NCBI GenBank assembly: GCA_977018835.1
Contig: OZ361256.1
Span: 6,882,001-6,946,000, forward strand
DNA length: 64,000 nt
Origin: Minutocellus sp. GHC0000111
Taxonomy: Eukaryota
Direction: 5' to 3'
The position numbers and the translations under genes were made by a program. Each line of letters opens with the position of its first letter. The first letter of the stretch is position 1. Shown here piece after piece: positions 12,449-25,234 of this stretch. Under the pieces are notes generated by a model that was given only the letters and a program-made list of their open reading frames with translations, ran no database searches and was not told where the DNA came from.

Positions 12449-13310
12449 ATGGGCAAGAAGGGCAAGAAGGCGCAAGCCGAAGAAACTAACGCCGAAGGAT
12501 ATCGGCAAGCGGCTCGATGCCCTGGTCAAGAAACTCGAGGAAGAACTCAAGGGTGCAGATTTATTTTCACCCCCTCCACCGATGGATGATTGTCCGATCT
12601 GCTTGGTTCGGTTATCGCGCTGTTCGGCCATTTACCAGGTGTGCTGTGGAAAGCGCATATGCAATGCCTGTTTTAAGGACAACCTAGCCTTTGTCGAGAG
12701 GCAAAAAAAGAACGCAGACAAGAAGCATATAATCCACACATGTCCACTTTGTAGAGAGCCAGTGCCTTCGGAGGAGGAAATGTTGCACCGGGCGGAGCTT
12801 CGGGCTTCTCAGGGCGACCCAGTCAGTCTTTCATCACTAGGAAGAGCCTACACATGCGGACAATATGGTTTGCATAGGAATGAACTCAAGGCTCTTGATT
12901 ACTGGATCCGCGCCGTCGAAGTTGGCTCGGCAGATGCATGTTTCGCAATTAATCTCAGGAATGGAATTGGCCTTTCCGCCAACATGGAAAAGGTTGCTTT
13001 GTTTGCCAAGGCGGGTGCAATTCGAGATAATGTCCAATCTCGTCACAACATTGGCTGCATTGAATACTCCGACTTTGGCAATCATGAACTTGGAATCCGC
13101 CATTGGAAGATTGCAGCACAGGCTGGCAATCAGAAATCTATCGACCTTATCAAGAGGATTTACAATGCCGATGGCATTGTCCCTGGAAAAGAATTTATCA
13201 GCAAAGAGGACATGGATAAGATTTATCGAGCCGGCCACGAAGCTCAAGAAATGGTCAAGAGTGAGGAGAGGGAGAAACATTTTGAACATGAAAATGAAAG
13301 GAAATACTGA
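12449..13310 (+). pseudogene. RING + Sel1-like protein, copy 3; 8-nt deletion frameshifts the N-terminus (downstream ATG 12582 is in frame)
   Basis: ATG GGC AAG AAG GGC AAG AAG GCG CAAGCCG lacks CAGGCCGG present in copies 1 and 2. The rest (CPIC, CCGKRIC, CPLCR, RHNIG, HWKIAAQAG) is open to 13310. Confidence 0.8.
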
Positions 13311-13487
13311 TCTCAAGATGTAGGAATCTCTCAACATGTGACAATTAAAATACTCATGTGAATGAATAGACACAAAGATCTTCTAATCTCTACTTAATGC
13401 AGGCGATGAACTTATACCTTAGATGGAGCCTTTGCTCTTATGAACCAAAACATCCGACATATCCCCCTGATTAACTTCCCCCACTCT

Positions 13488-14391
13488 CTACAAACCCTCC
13501 CTCACCCTCTGCGCCGCCTTCCCACCGTCCGACTTGAACCATCCAACAATGAGCGGAGTGAACAGATCGTACGACCATTTGAAGTTGAGGGCACAAAAGA
13601 TGCCATGGACCGGCAAGAATACGATGGGCCAATGCATCAGCGTTCCGGTCTCCTCCAATGCCTCCCGACATTTTCGCAAATATATTGCCATTATCAGCGG
13701 ATACAGTATGCAACGGATGGCAATCCACGACGCATAGAATGCCATGTTCATAAATTCCACAATGAAACTCCGCACATATTCTCTCCGCAGATAGACCACA
13801 CGACGCATGATAAGGAACCAAGTGTTGATCTCCACCGATAAGCATGCACCCATGGCCCATCGAAATTCCGGAAAGAGCACGGGAGCCGTGAGATACAGCA
13901 ATGACACGACGTGGTGCTGTATTGTTGTAGGATAAAAGATAAGAATATGTGAGCATACGCACTACTTAAGTGATGTAGCATTCTGCAATTGATATAGAGC
14001 AAGTAACTTCATGCAAGCGCATCGCACAAACATACAAGCGAGGATATCGTACCTTGATGATGACGCCCGGTGACTTGACGCAGGTGGGTACTTTCCAGAC
14101 CCAGACTGTGTCGACGAAGAAGTAAACCATGGTCGCCATCCAGTACTCCCAAAAGTATTTGTCCGTCCAGGCCGCTTCCGGATCGAAGCTGGACCGTACC
14201 ACCGCCCAATCATAATTGGCCAGCGTCAAAAAGACCAGCGGTAGCAATGCCACCACGTTGAATATGTCGTGCCGGTCACGATCGACGACGCTGGGCCCTG
14301 ATCCGTCTCCGCCACCCGTGGCCGTGGCGGCTACCGACGATGCCTTGCGGGTAAAGTGGGTGGGGCGCGTTCGAGCGCTGTCGTCTGACAT
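13488..14391 (-). CDS. TLC (TRAM/LAG1/CLN8) domain membrane protein (exons 14391-14053, 13916-13488)
   Basis: Spliced product gives YFFVD...IIKHHVV...VEINTWFL...FYASWIAIR...LNFKW, the TLC motif order, with multiple hydrophobic segments. Confidence 0.8.
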
Positions 14392-15349
14392 GGTGTCATC
14401 GTCGGAAGCAGTAGCAATTCCGGGACCTCGCTCCCCTGCTCTTGTAACTCAGTGGTCAGAGTGAAGGTCTTATGTCCATGCATTGAGTGTTCTTTTTTTG
14501 TGTTTTACATGTGTGTTTTGCTGTCCTTGCTCTCTTTGTCCTCAATTGCTCCTCTTCTTTTCTTTCTCCCTCTCCAAGAAGAGCCTTCCTTTTTTTTGCA
14601 GACACTTTTTTTGAAGCAGCATGCCTCTTCCTCTTGATGATTGATGGTTGTGTGCTCGACCGACAGACTCTCAAGATCTCTTTTGAACGACAACACCAAA
14701 CTCGGCTGGACCACTTTCTCCACGTCCCAAGAGTGGCCGCAACGGTTGCGTGTGTTGCGGGTGATGGTAGTGCAAAAGCCACCATGGACCCAAGGTCCTC
14801 CTGGTGGTGTGGTCGTTGGTTGCAGCAGTCCCTTCTTGGGGCAGGCCCGCAGGGACGTGGGTGGTGATCGGCTGAGTGAGCATGTCTGTGAAGACACAGA
14901 GGAGGACCACCACCGCCAATCTTGGTCTTCCCAATGCCGGCACTCCCGGTAGTCGGCCTGGAAGTTCCGGCAGTGGCAGTGGAGACGCTGAAGGTGCCGC
15001 TGCCAACAACCCCCCCCCCCTCCTGCGGGCGATTGATTCTCGTGCTGACCTTCGTTGTTGTTCCAAAATGAACAAGCAAGACTGACCTTCCTGTTTGTGC
15101 AACAAGCTGAGGAGAACACATCCATCGGGCATCCTTCCTTCAACGAGCAACAACTATTTGAACGACACGACGCTTCGACTGTAGCCTCTCCACCATGCCG
15201 TCACTGTCTGCCGCCCCCTCAACTCTCTCTCCAGCCCGATTGCTGCTGCGCTTCAAAACTTGCTCGACTCGCTGGACTCAAGTTACCCTACCCTTGTTCC
15301 CGATTTTTGCCCCTCATCCTTCAGCTGCTCATGCTCAGGCCTCATAAAA

Positions 15350-18300
15350 ATGATCGCCACCATGCAGGTCGGCGGTAGCGGCCGCAGAGGCGGCGGCGGT
15401 GGGGTCCTGTTCGGACTCCTCCCGCCCCTTCTGCTGCTACTCTACTGCCTCCTGTCCCTCCAGGCACATGCCGTGCCGAATGCCGTACCCATAGCGGCAT
15501 CCACCAATACTCAGGCGACTCAGCAACCTCCCAAGAAGCAAAATTTGCAACAAGCGCAAACCTGTAACCGACCCCCCGCCTCCCCGCAGTCGGTCCAGCA
15601 GCACCAGCGGACGGTGTATGCCAACACCAACGTTCCCATTCGGGTGACGCAGGCATCGTCGGAAACCTTGGCGGCTGCGGCCAACTTGGTCCAGAACTCT
15701 CAGCAGAGGGTCCAGGCGCCCCGAGGCGGCGGCGGCGGCGGTGGAGCTGGGAGGAATGGACCAGCAGCAGGAGGGGAAGGCGCCGCCCACCTGGCCGTGT
15801 CCATTACAGGTCTGCACGACGTACCGTCCTCGGTGATATCGTACGGCACGATCGATCTGACCAACACGCACACGACGCATCCGCTCAAGATACGCAGCAT
15901 GGAGACCAGTCCGATGCTGCTTGTCAGCGAACGGAGGAGTGCTGGTTTCAGTAGTGGTGCTGCCGGTGGTGTTCGGGATGCTCTGCACAGCAACACCGTC
16001 GACGTCGGATCGACCGTGTATCAGATCAACATATCCGAGTTCGGCGACCGAGTGCTGACGCTGGGACCGGGGCAGAGCGCATCGTTTCCCATCAGCATGT
16101 ATCCTGCCATCCCCAGTGACTATCTGGAGCACAAACTGTACGGAGGACCGATGCAGGTCCCACCGTCCAAGGCGGCGGCGGCGGCTGCTACTACTGCTGC
16201 GTCGGAGTCCCCATCGACGGAAGAGTTGACATCTGCTTTGAACGATTGGGCAGAGCACCGCGAACGGACGTTGGAGATGGCCGAAGAGTACGAAGAGCGC
16301 CTCAGCCTTGGCACCGACGAGCTTTTGTTAGGGGGCAAGAGTCCGACGCTCCTTGCCGATGTGATGGAATTGGAGCGGGGCATTGACTACAGCGGGCAGC
16401 ACGACGTGGCACCGACAATAATGTCGGAGATGTTCTCTTCCGCAAGTGTAAACAGCGATCTAGCAGATACTGGCAGTGCAATCCCGCCCTCCATCCTCCG
16501 ACAGCAAATGAGGCACGATCCGAAGGAATGGAAACAGTATGTCCGTTCCGACCGCAACGTGCAGACGAAGATTGGACCGTCGTTATTGTCCAACCCTCGT
16601 CTCCATGTGGCTCTGGCCCACCTGCAAATTGAGATTGACAACATACCCGAAAAGTTGCAGGCGCCGATCTGGGCCTCGGCGGTCCGGACCAACCCGTACG
16701 GCCTTCCCAGCACCATAACGTTCCGACCAGAGCCGTCACAGATTGCGGTATTTGGACCTCGAGACTTTGGAACGTATCGGTTGTACATGGTCAACCCGCA
16801 CGCAAGTCGAGACCTGGTCGTTCATGAGGTGTACGCATCGAATCCAAATGTCGTTAGGGTTAGCCCAAATGATTTTTTGGATGAATCGTCAGGCAACTAC
16901 CGGGCCGTCGAAGAGATTCTTCAGCAACGCAGCCCAAGCGGGACGTTCATTTCACAGGTGGACCGGGTATCGGAAGGTCCTGTGGTATTGCGACCTTTTG
17001 AGGCGGGATTCATTGCCTCGGTCAACCATTTAATTCCCTTTCAGATTGATCCGGAGGCAGAGATGGATAGCCTCCCCGACTTTTTGGGCTACGTTCACAT
17101 TCGCACGTCGGTGGGGACCATGGCCGTGGCGTTGGAAAGTGCTCCGGTGGAATTTGAAGAGGCATTTGAGACGGAATCCAGTCTGATGGCCGTTTATGAA
17201 AGTGGAACTGCATTTTCGGAGGCGACTGGGACACCAGATTTTGATCAGGACGTATTGAAATCCGACATCGGGGTTGCAAGCAACGACGAATCACAGTCCG
17301 AGATGAAATTGCTTTCCTCGTCGCCAGCAGCTGTACAGTTTGGGCTGCTATCGTCGCCATTGGAAGAGGCTCAGTTTTCGATCATCCCTCTCAATATTAC
17401 CAATCACGCGGAGGAAAGTTTGCGCATAATGAGAGTGACTATAGGCATCGACGACAGAGACCATGGCATGCCGAACGAATCGACTGCCGGCATAAATGTG
17501 GAAGTCTTGATTAACGGCACTCCCGCTGGAGACAGCATTGGTGCCAGTACGCCAGAGAGCATCGGGGACGTTGTAGTACCAGCCGGTACAACCTTGGATG
17601 GTGCGTTTTCGGTTGTATGTCGTCCAAACTTGAACTTCGGCGGCGACGCTGGTAGCAACGGACGCACATTGCCACAGCGATTCTCTGGATTAATCGTTAT
17701 TCGGGCCACGTTGGCTTCTATGACGAGCTATGAGCAATGGAGGCAAGTTGCTGCAAAAGAATCTACCGCTAACGAAACGCAGTCATTGGACCACGTTCTT
17801 CTCGAAGTGCCTTTCAAGGTCGATGTGTTCCATGGTTCTTTGAGCTATGATGCAAGTCAGACATATTTTCCAGTTGGAATGGCCGCTGGACAAAGGGACA
17901 GCTCGGATGCGATGCTGGATACGCAAAGAATCGACATTGTCAATGCATTTCCGTTTCCTTTATTCTTGTTGTCTGCTGATATCACCGGTGTTGGCCTAGG
18001 GCTTTCAAATCGATGCCAGGATCAATTCGAGATACTGCGTTTCGTTGGAGCCCACAACAATGGCACTTTTGTCTTCGATGTGCGCCAGAATGACTTGGAG
18101 GTCACAGACGGAGTAATGATGGCTTTGCGCAGAGATGAGAAGTGTGGCCTATCCATGCAGATCATTTTCGGATCCTATCCCCCAGTCCAATTTGTTGTTC
18201 CGTTGAAGACGTACGATGGCCGTCTTGCTGCTAGACTTGATCACAGCTACGCGGACACGTCCGATGTTCGATTTCTCGCGTGTAAAGGAATGTGGCAAGA

Positions 18301-21300
18301 TGACGAAGAATGCATTGACAATTGGCATCAAAACACCACCCTCGGTCAAGTTCTCAAAGGTCATGTCGGTGATGCGGAAGTTAGCACTAGACAGCAAAGA
18401 AGGAAAAGGGGCAAGGAGAGCTCCAAGCTAAAGAATCTCTTTGAATATTTGTCCCAGCCAAAGGGCAGCGACCCGGCGCCTTCTGAAGTGGATCCTGTCG
18501 TCCTTGACCTTGGAGTTTTGTCTCTCTCCTCGCGACGATCGTACTCTTTGCTTCTTACCAATCCAAACCCTGTACCGATGGAGGTATTGCCGGACTATGG
18601 CGGTTCGATCGAGGGGATGTCGATTGGATTAGGGAAAATGCGAATCGATTCGTTGAAGCTGTTGAAGAAGGATACAGACCCTGCTAGTACTTCGGAGGAC
18701 CCTCGTTCTTTTCACTCTGATGGGATGGCGCGTTTTCTCTCATCTTCAGAGCCGAGCCAAGCTTTCTTTGGCCGCCTAGCGGATTCTGATGATGTATTTC
18801 CCGCTACACGCAAGGATTGCGATCTGATTACCCCGCAGCTATCAGGATTGTTTTACAAGCACGCAACCGTGACTATTCGGGCTTCCTCCCCTGATCCCCT
18901 CGCTCGACCAAAGAGCGATGATATACCGTCGGTCTATCGGGGGAAAGGGCCGCCGCTAATGTCCTGTTTTAGTGGAGGCAATATCCCTGGGCTGGACAGT
19001 GATGATGAATGCCAGAGTAGCTCTTGGTTCACTCGAAGGAAGGAATGCGTTGAACAAGGTGCTGCGGGGATTCTTTTGAGCGATAATGGCATCAAATGTT
19101 TTGTCAAGCCTGCGGCTTCCAGCTCTACGACAACGCCTATGTCTATCAGCAAGAAAGATGTTTGGTATTTGCCTCCAGCCTCGACCGCTAGATTGGACCT
19201 CACCGTAATCACGCCGCCGTGGTCTGTCCTTCGAAGACTCAGCAGAAGCGAAGGCGGGACGATGAGTATGCTGCCCTTCTTATCGACGGGGTTAGTGTTG
19301 AGGAGTAGCTTAGGGCAAGCTATACCGATCGTTGTAACGTATCAAGCTCTCTTGGCGGAGCTTAATGCCGGTGCGGAAGGAAGCTTTTTGTCGATGGGAC
19401 CGTATGTAGGAGAAGAAGAGGCTCAAATCATCAATGATGATCACGGTCCTACCGGGCGGCTTTACCATAATCGCGTCGATCCAACCATTGCACAATCCCA
19501 TCCGAGTGCAATGACACCGGGGATCGACATCGGTGGTATTGACGAGGCCAAGAGAAGACGAACTCCATTGCAGATTCGAAGTACATTTGATGATTCCTTC
19601 GAAATTGTGAAGCTTTCGAGTTGTAATCCGTGGTTTGACTTTCAACTGGGTGGAAGTCGCACGAAGGAGAAGCCCAAGGAGTCTGATTTATCCGTGCCAC
19701 GCGAGTATAGGGTATATGATGCCTTTGCTTTGTCATCCATTCGATGCGAAGAGTCGAACTTTCTCTCCTGCGCACTTTTATTTCTCGAATCGCGATCTTT
19801 GTTGCAGCCGGCAGGCTGTGGCCTGTCGGAGGCTGACGCCGCCATGGAATACGCTTACAGCCCAGAGCTTGCTTGGGACAATCATCGGTACGAGCATATG
19901 TTGCAGTCCCTGTCAGAGTCTTCTATGACTGAGGGTGGAGGCGCTTTTAATCTGAAGACCAGAAAATGGAATGGAAATAGGATGCTGGACTTGGCCCATG
20001 CGCGCAGTCATGATATCAAGGTGAAAGACACAACAGCCGCCAATATGGATGGAAAAGTGCACGGCGACGAGCTCCAGTATGCTTGGCAGTGGCTTGGCGT
20101 TCCGTTTGATTATGATTCGGATGCAGATGAAGAGGATTCGAAGCAAGGGGTCAAGTCAGAGGCAATTGATGCCCTTCGGGAAGCATCGAAACGGCTTGTT
20201 GCGATGTATTCCGAAAGCGCTGAGAAGTTGCGTCTCGACCGAGCCGAAGAGCCAGAAAAGGCTCTTGTGCATACTCTGGATGTGAAGCCGTTTCTTGACG
20301 CACGCAATGCCTGGAAGAAAGTGATAGAACAGAAGCTTCACTTGTTGACTGGAGACCTCAGGGCAACGATAGAGAAGATACCTGAGTACAGTGATGGCAA
20401 GGCCATTGAGCCGTTCACCACGGATGTCCCCCTGTCCCTTCTTTGGACATATCTGGATCTGCCTTCAATCTTTGACTCGCGACCCCAGGAAGCACCTAAT
20501 GCGACCTACCGAGTGGACTGGGGGGGAACAGGTATCATTGATTTCTCCCTCACTGCGTTATCAGAGGTGAAGACTTTATACGTTCCAGTCCACAATCCAA
20601 GCGAAATGTCACTACGAGTCCGTCTGACAACCATCAAGCCATTCGGTCCCAACGAGACAGCATCTACCTACTCAGCCAAATGGGACGGTGTGGACCATCG
20701 TGCTGCATGGTCTGAGGACGATCTCTACTTGTTTGACGACGATATCAGCCCCCTGCATGTACACTCCTGCACCAATGATGCATGTTCGTCAGACGCAGAT
20801 AGATGGTGGAACGGCGGCGCATACTACCAAGTCAGCGGTGACGGCACAACGCTCAGGTCTCGTCATAATGTAACGGTCAAGTCCACCAACGGATCGTCCT
20901 CTGTCTTCGCCGATCCAAGTCTCCATGCCACCTCCGCTCTTATCACCGGCTGCGGCCGACGCCGCTGCGGTCTCAGGGATGACCAACAGCAGCAAGCTCA
21001 GGCAAACCAAAATGAAGCAATAGCAAACTTTCTTAAGGCACCAGGACGACTCTATTCGACCATGGGTGCGTCTGCAGCGAAGCGAGTGCATTTGCGTGGA
21101 CGCATATACGATTCAGTGAGTGGCGAAGAATCTGGCGAGTCATCTTCGTACAAGGCCGGGAAATGCCTCGACTGGTTCTCCCCATCGTGTCCATCTGTGC
21201 ATGATGTTGTGCCGCCATTTGCTATTTCCACGAGCTCTTTGCAGGAAGAGATCGTCCTCGCTCCTTATGAAAAGGCGTGGTTGGGGCCAATCTACTTTCG

Positions 21301-24300
21301 TCCTTCTGCGGCCTCGAGATTTGGCTCTACCATCTTGATCGAGAATTCGCTCACAGGCATTGAGCCGATCAAGCTTACCGGTGTCGGTGCAACGCGCCAA
21401 ATTGCATTCGAGGAAGCTGGCGGTGCGGATTCTACTGAGGTATCGCTAGAAATTCGGTACGGTATGCCAGCTCTCATGTTTCCCGGAACAGCTTCAGCGA
21501 CCGAGCCTGGGAAAGCTGTCAGTAGGAGGGTCAAGATTCGCAACACGGGAGGCCTGCCAGTTGGACTTCGTTCGGCCTCGTTGGCACCCTTTTCTCTATC
21601 TCAAGTTACCCAGCGTCCAATTGCGCTGCCCACGAAGAATGGCGCTCGAGGATGTTCTGTAGGTGGATTCACCCTCTTTGGTTGTGAGGATGATGGATTC
21701 GAAGACGATGGATTCATTCTTCAGCCTGGCGAGGTTGGGTCCATATCGATTTCACACTCTCCTCGATGCTCAATGAAGAAATCATTTGTCGTTCTCAACT
21801 TGGATTATTCCTCAAAAGAGGCAGGATACTCTGCGCTTGCGGACGCAAAAGGATCGCAGCTGTTGGTCGGTTTTGATATGTCACACGAAGAGATGGCATC
21901 TTGCGTTCCAATTCACCCGTCTTTTGCTAATAAAGTGCGACGTGTCGAGAAGCTCTACCGCCAGGATCGTTCAACATGGAACCCCTTCGTTTGGTCGGAC
22001 GTGATCGAGAGGGAAGATTCGAATATACGGAAGCAAACGCTGCTGATTGTCTGGCCCATTCTTCTACTCATGCTTTGTGTCGCTTACAGTGTGGGCATTG
22101 ATCGCAAAGTTCGCCATCGGTTCCTCAGTACTACTGATATCGATGATCTCGTATCCGGGGTTGGAAATGGCCCCTCAATGGTACGCCTCCTTGGCGCATC
22201 ACATGGCACCGGGGACTCGTCCCACCACAAAGCCTTGTATCAGGTGGCACAATCAGATCCGAATTCCGCCGACTTGGCCCAAGCGGGGAGGGACCAAACC
22301 CGCCGGCTCCTCCTCGGGAAGTATCGCAGGGTACAAGCGGCTATGCCTCGCTGCCTTCGACCAAATGGCGCATTTTTCTATAGAGGTGGAGCTCATTCTG
22401 CTGCAACTGCTGCGGCACCTACTTCAGAGAATGAAGGCACCAAGTTGAATGCGTCGGCCAAGGCTGTGTCCAGAGGACCAAGGCCAGCGAGAGCGCAAGG
22501 ATCACTCGCTGACGAAATATTTGGACATTCTGCATCATCATTGAGCAGCAACGATACAAATGCAGCATTGCCAATGGCTTTGAGCTGGCGTGGAGGTGCA
22601 ACGAGGGGCATCCTTCCACACCCTTCACGTGTGAGCTTGGGCGTTGGAAATCGTGTCGGTGATCTGCTCAAGAGGAGAGCAGAACTGCGAAGGGGGTCGA
22701 GTTACACCGATGTTTTGGTGGCAGAAGCCGTTGCAATTGTCGACGATGAGTCGGAGGATGATGATTCAGTTCCAACTACAATTATCGCCCCCTCGAATGC
22801 TGCGGCGAAAGGAATCCAAACTGATTCATCGGCGAAGGCCATAGCTAAAAAGGTGCAAGAGGACGAGAAGGAAGACGACATCGCATCACTACTACCATCT
22901 ACGCAGAAAACGAAATCAAGCGAAAAGGCGCCCTCGCAATATGTACTTCCTCTTCCTGTTTCCATAGAATCAGCCATCGACACGAAGGGGGTATCGGAAG
23001 GAGACTGGCATATTCAATCAGGCGGCCACAAAAAGGCACCTCGAGACACTGCGCCCAAACATCAAGTGGCCACTGGCAACGGGGCTAGAACAAAGAAACC
23101 ACAAAGCGAGGAGCATAGCAAGGGACAAACCCAAGGCTCACCCGGATCATCAGCAGAAGTTCCATCTGCTGCATCCACCGCTGCTTCATCGGCGACCGAG
23201 GAATCAAAGCGACCTGAAGCTTCCAAGAAGACATCTCGGTAAGTGTTTCGTGCCGGTTATGGCTTTGTATTGCGCCGTAGCTCTCTATTCCTTTGATTTT
23301 TTTTATCACTGCTTCGCAACTCTCACCATTGATCTGCACATTCTTTGCTTCTCCCTGAATAATGTAGGCGCACTGTTCAATCTGACCCATGCCATCAAAA
23401 GAAGAGCGCAGACAAGAAAAGCCAAAACGGTGCTGCCAAGAAGGCGCCCGAAAGTATTTGCGAAGCCTCGAAGGCTTCAGTGGCTAAGCAAGTGAGCCCC
23501 AATGCTACTGAACCGATGGACTCCAAGTCAAAGAAGAATGCCGCGAAGGCAAAACCTTCGGCGAAGGCCCCCAAGCCTGTAGAGGCAGCGGAGAAGAAGG
23601 CAAGGAAAGCGGAAAAATCCAAAGCCTCGGAGAAAAAGGGGGTTAAAGCGCCAAAGGCGGATGAGGTCGATGACGCCGATGCGCCATCGGTCCCAGCCGG
23701 TACGACAAATCGCCAAACCAAAAAGAAGCAGAAACAGAAGCAGAAGCAACAGCAGCAGCAACCTACCGCCGATATCGCTGCTGCTCCAGCAGTTGTCGCC
23801 GATACTTCAAGTAGTTCGAAGAAGAAAAAGAAGAAGGCAGCCGCTGCCGAAAAACGAAGGAATAGTCTGGGCGCTGCTGCTACTACCACCAAGCAATCTT
23901 CGCCATCAAATGCACCTTCTAAAAAGTCCAAGGAGAAAGCTTCGATGGAAAGAGAACGCAGTTTCAACGAAATTTCTTTCGCTCCTTCTGCCGATTCTGA
24001 ATTTGCCAAGTCGATGCCAAATATCCGTTCGTTTGACGGATCAAACCCATCTACTCCAGAAGCTGCTCCCATCGCTCCGCCTCCAGGCCTCGCGCCACCA
24101 CCTGGCTTTCTGTCGACGAAAGAGAAGGATGCTGGGTTGCCAGCCCCCCTTCCTGATGATGCTAGCTTATCCAACCTATCCCAAATTCCCTTGGACGGAC
24201 GCGTCGGAGCGCCTAGTGGCCTCGGAGGGCTCGGCGGGACTGAATTGTGGCTCGGAGGCAATGCCAGTTCACCACTTGGGCGCGATAACCAGGAGGGTTT

Positions 24301-24856
24301 GAGTGGCCTTCATAACGACCAACCCTTGGGAACTTCAGAAAATACCGATGGCCTCCCCCTTGGCGGAACTCTGCCAATCTTGGACCAAGCTTCGCCTGGA
24401 TTTCTGAGAGGGAGGCCTCTTCTTGGAGGTAGTGGTGGATTCAACGTTCAGAGTTTTCTCGATACCATCCTCGACGAGTCTGAAATGGTAGAGGATGACT
24501 ACGAAGAAGACGGCGGAAGGGAGGGTGATGTCGGCGGCTCCCCTCTCGCTCTGGGCGGTGGTCCGGGCGCAAATGATGGTTTGGCAGACGCTATCGCAAC
24601 CGCCACTGCTATTGGCGGGCACACTAGCGACTTGCTTGTGCCGCAGAGATTTTCAGGAATCGGTGGTGTGAGCAACGATCCTTGGTCGGCCCCAAACATA
24701 TCTGCATCAAGCGCACTTCCTAATGCCCCTCTTCTCACCCCCGAGCAGATCCTGCGCGAGAACGATGCTGCAAATGCCGAGGAAAAGAACAAGAAGGAAG
24801 ATGGATCTCACCTCATGGCTTTATTTGGAGCAAACGATGATGGTAAGGATAACTGA
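15350..24856 (+). CDS. TMEM131-like large membrane protein, ~3,100 aa (exons 15350-23238, 23368-24856)
   Basis: N-terminal hydrophobic signal; NPYGL and YMVNPH..LVVHEVYAS; repeated Ig-like xNP segments; GPIYFRPS...ILIENSLTGIE.IKLTG.G resembling TMEM131; one TM (LLIVWPILLLMLCVAYSV); Lys/Pro-rich tail. The GTAAGT...TAG intron joins the two long ORFs in frame. Confidence 0.72.
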
Positions 24857-25234
24857 TACCTAGCTAGCTACGTACGTAGTAGGTACGACAAACCCTATCG
24901 CTACGTAGCTAGTCCAAGTGCGGTACATCGAGAGACCCTAAAATAGCAAGGTATCGGTAGAATGTTATTAACAATTATAAAAGTGTCGGCTGTCTGTCTC
25001 TGCCTGCCTGCGTCCGCGCCCGAAGTCAGCAGCCTTACAAACGTATTATTTGTGCGCCGCAATTTAGCGAAGCCCAGTGATGTAGATTCCCTTTTATCTC
25101 TTATCTATCCGAGCAAGGCGACGACGGGCCAAACACTAGTGATATCATAAGCTAGCGGTTTCTATTGTTAAGTTGGGAATTGCGAAAAGCCAGGTATTCG
25201 ATTGAAAAAAATGAATAGTCTCGAGCGATCAAAT

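Noticed and set aside
24857..24960. Palindromic TAGCTAGCTACGTACGTA runs
   Set aside because: Similar low-complexity runs occur in several intergenic regions; no element structure or terminator function supportable.
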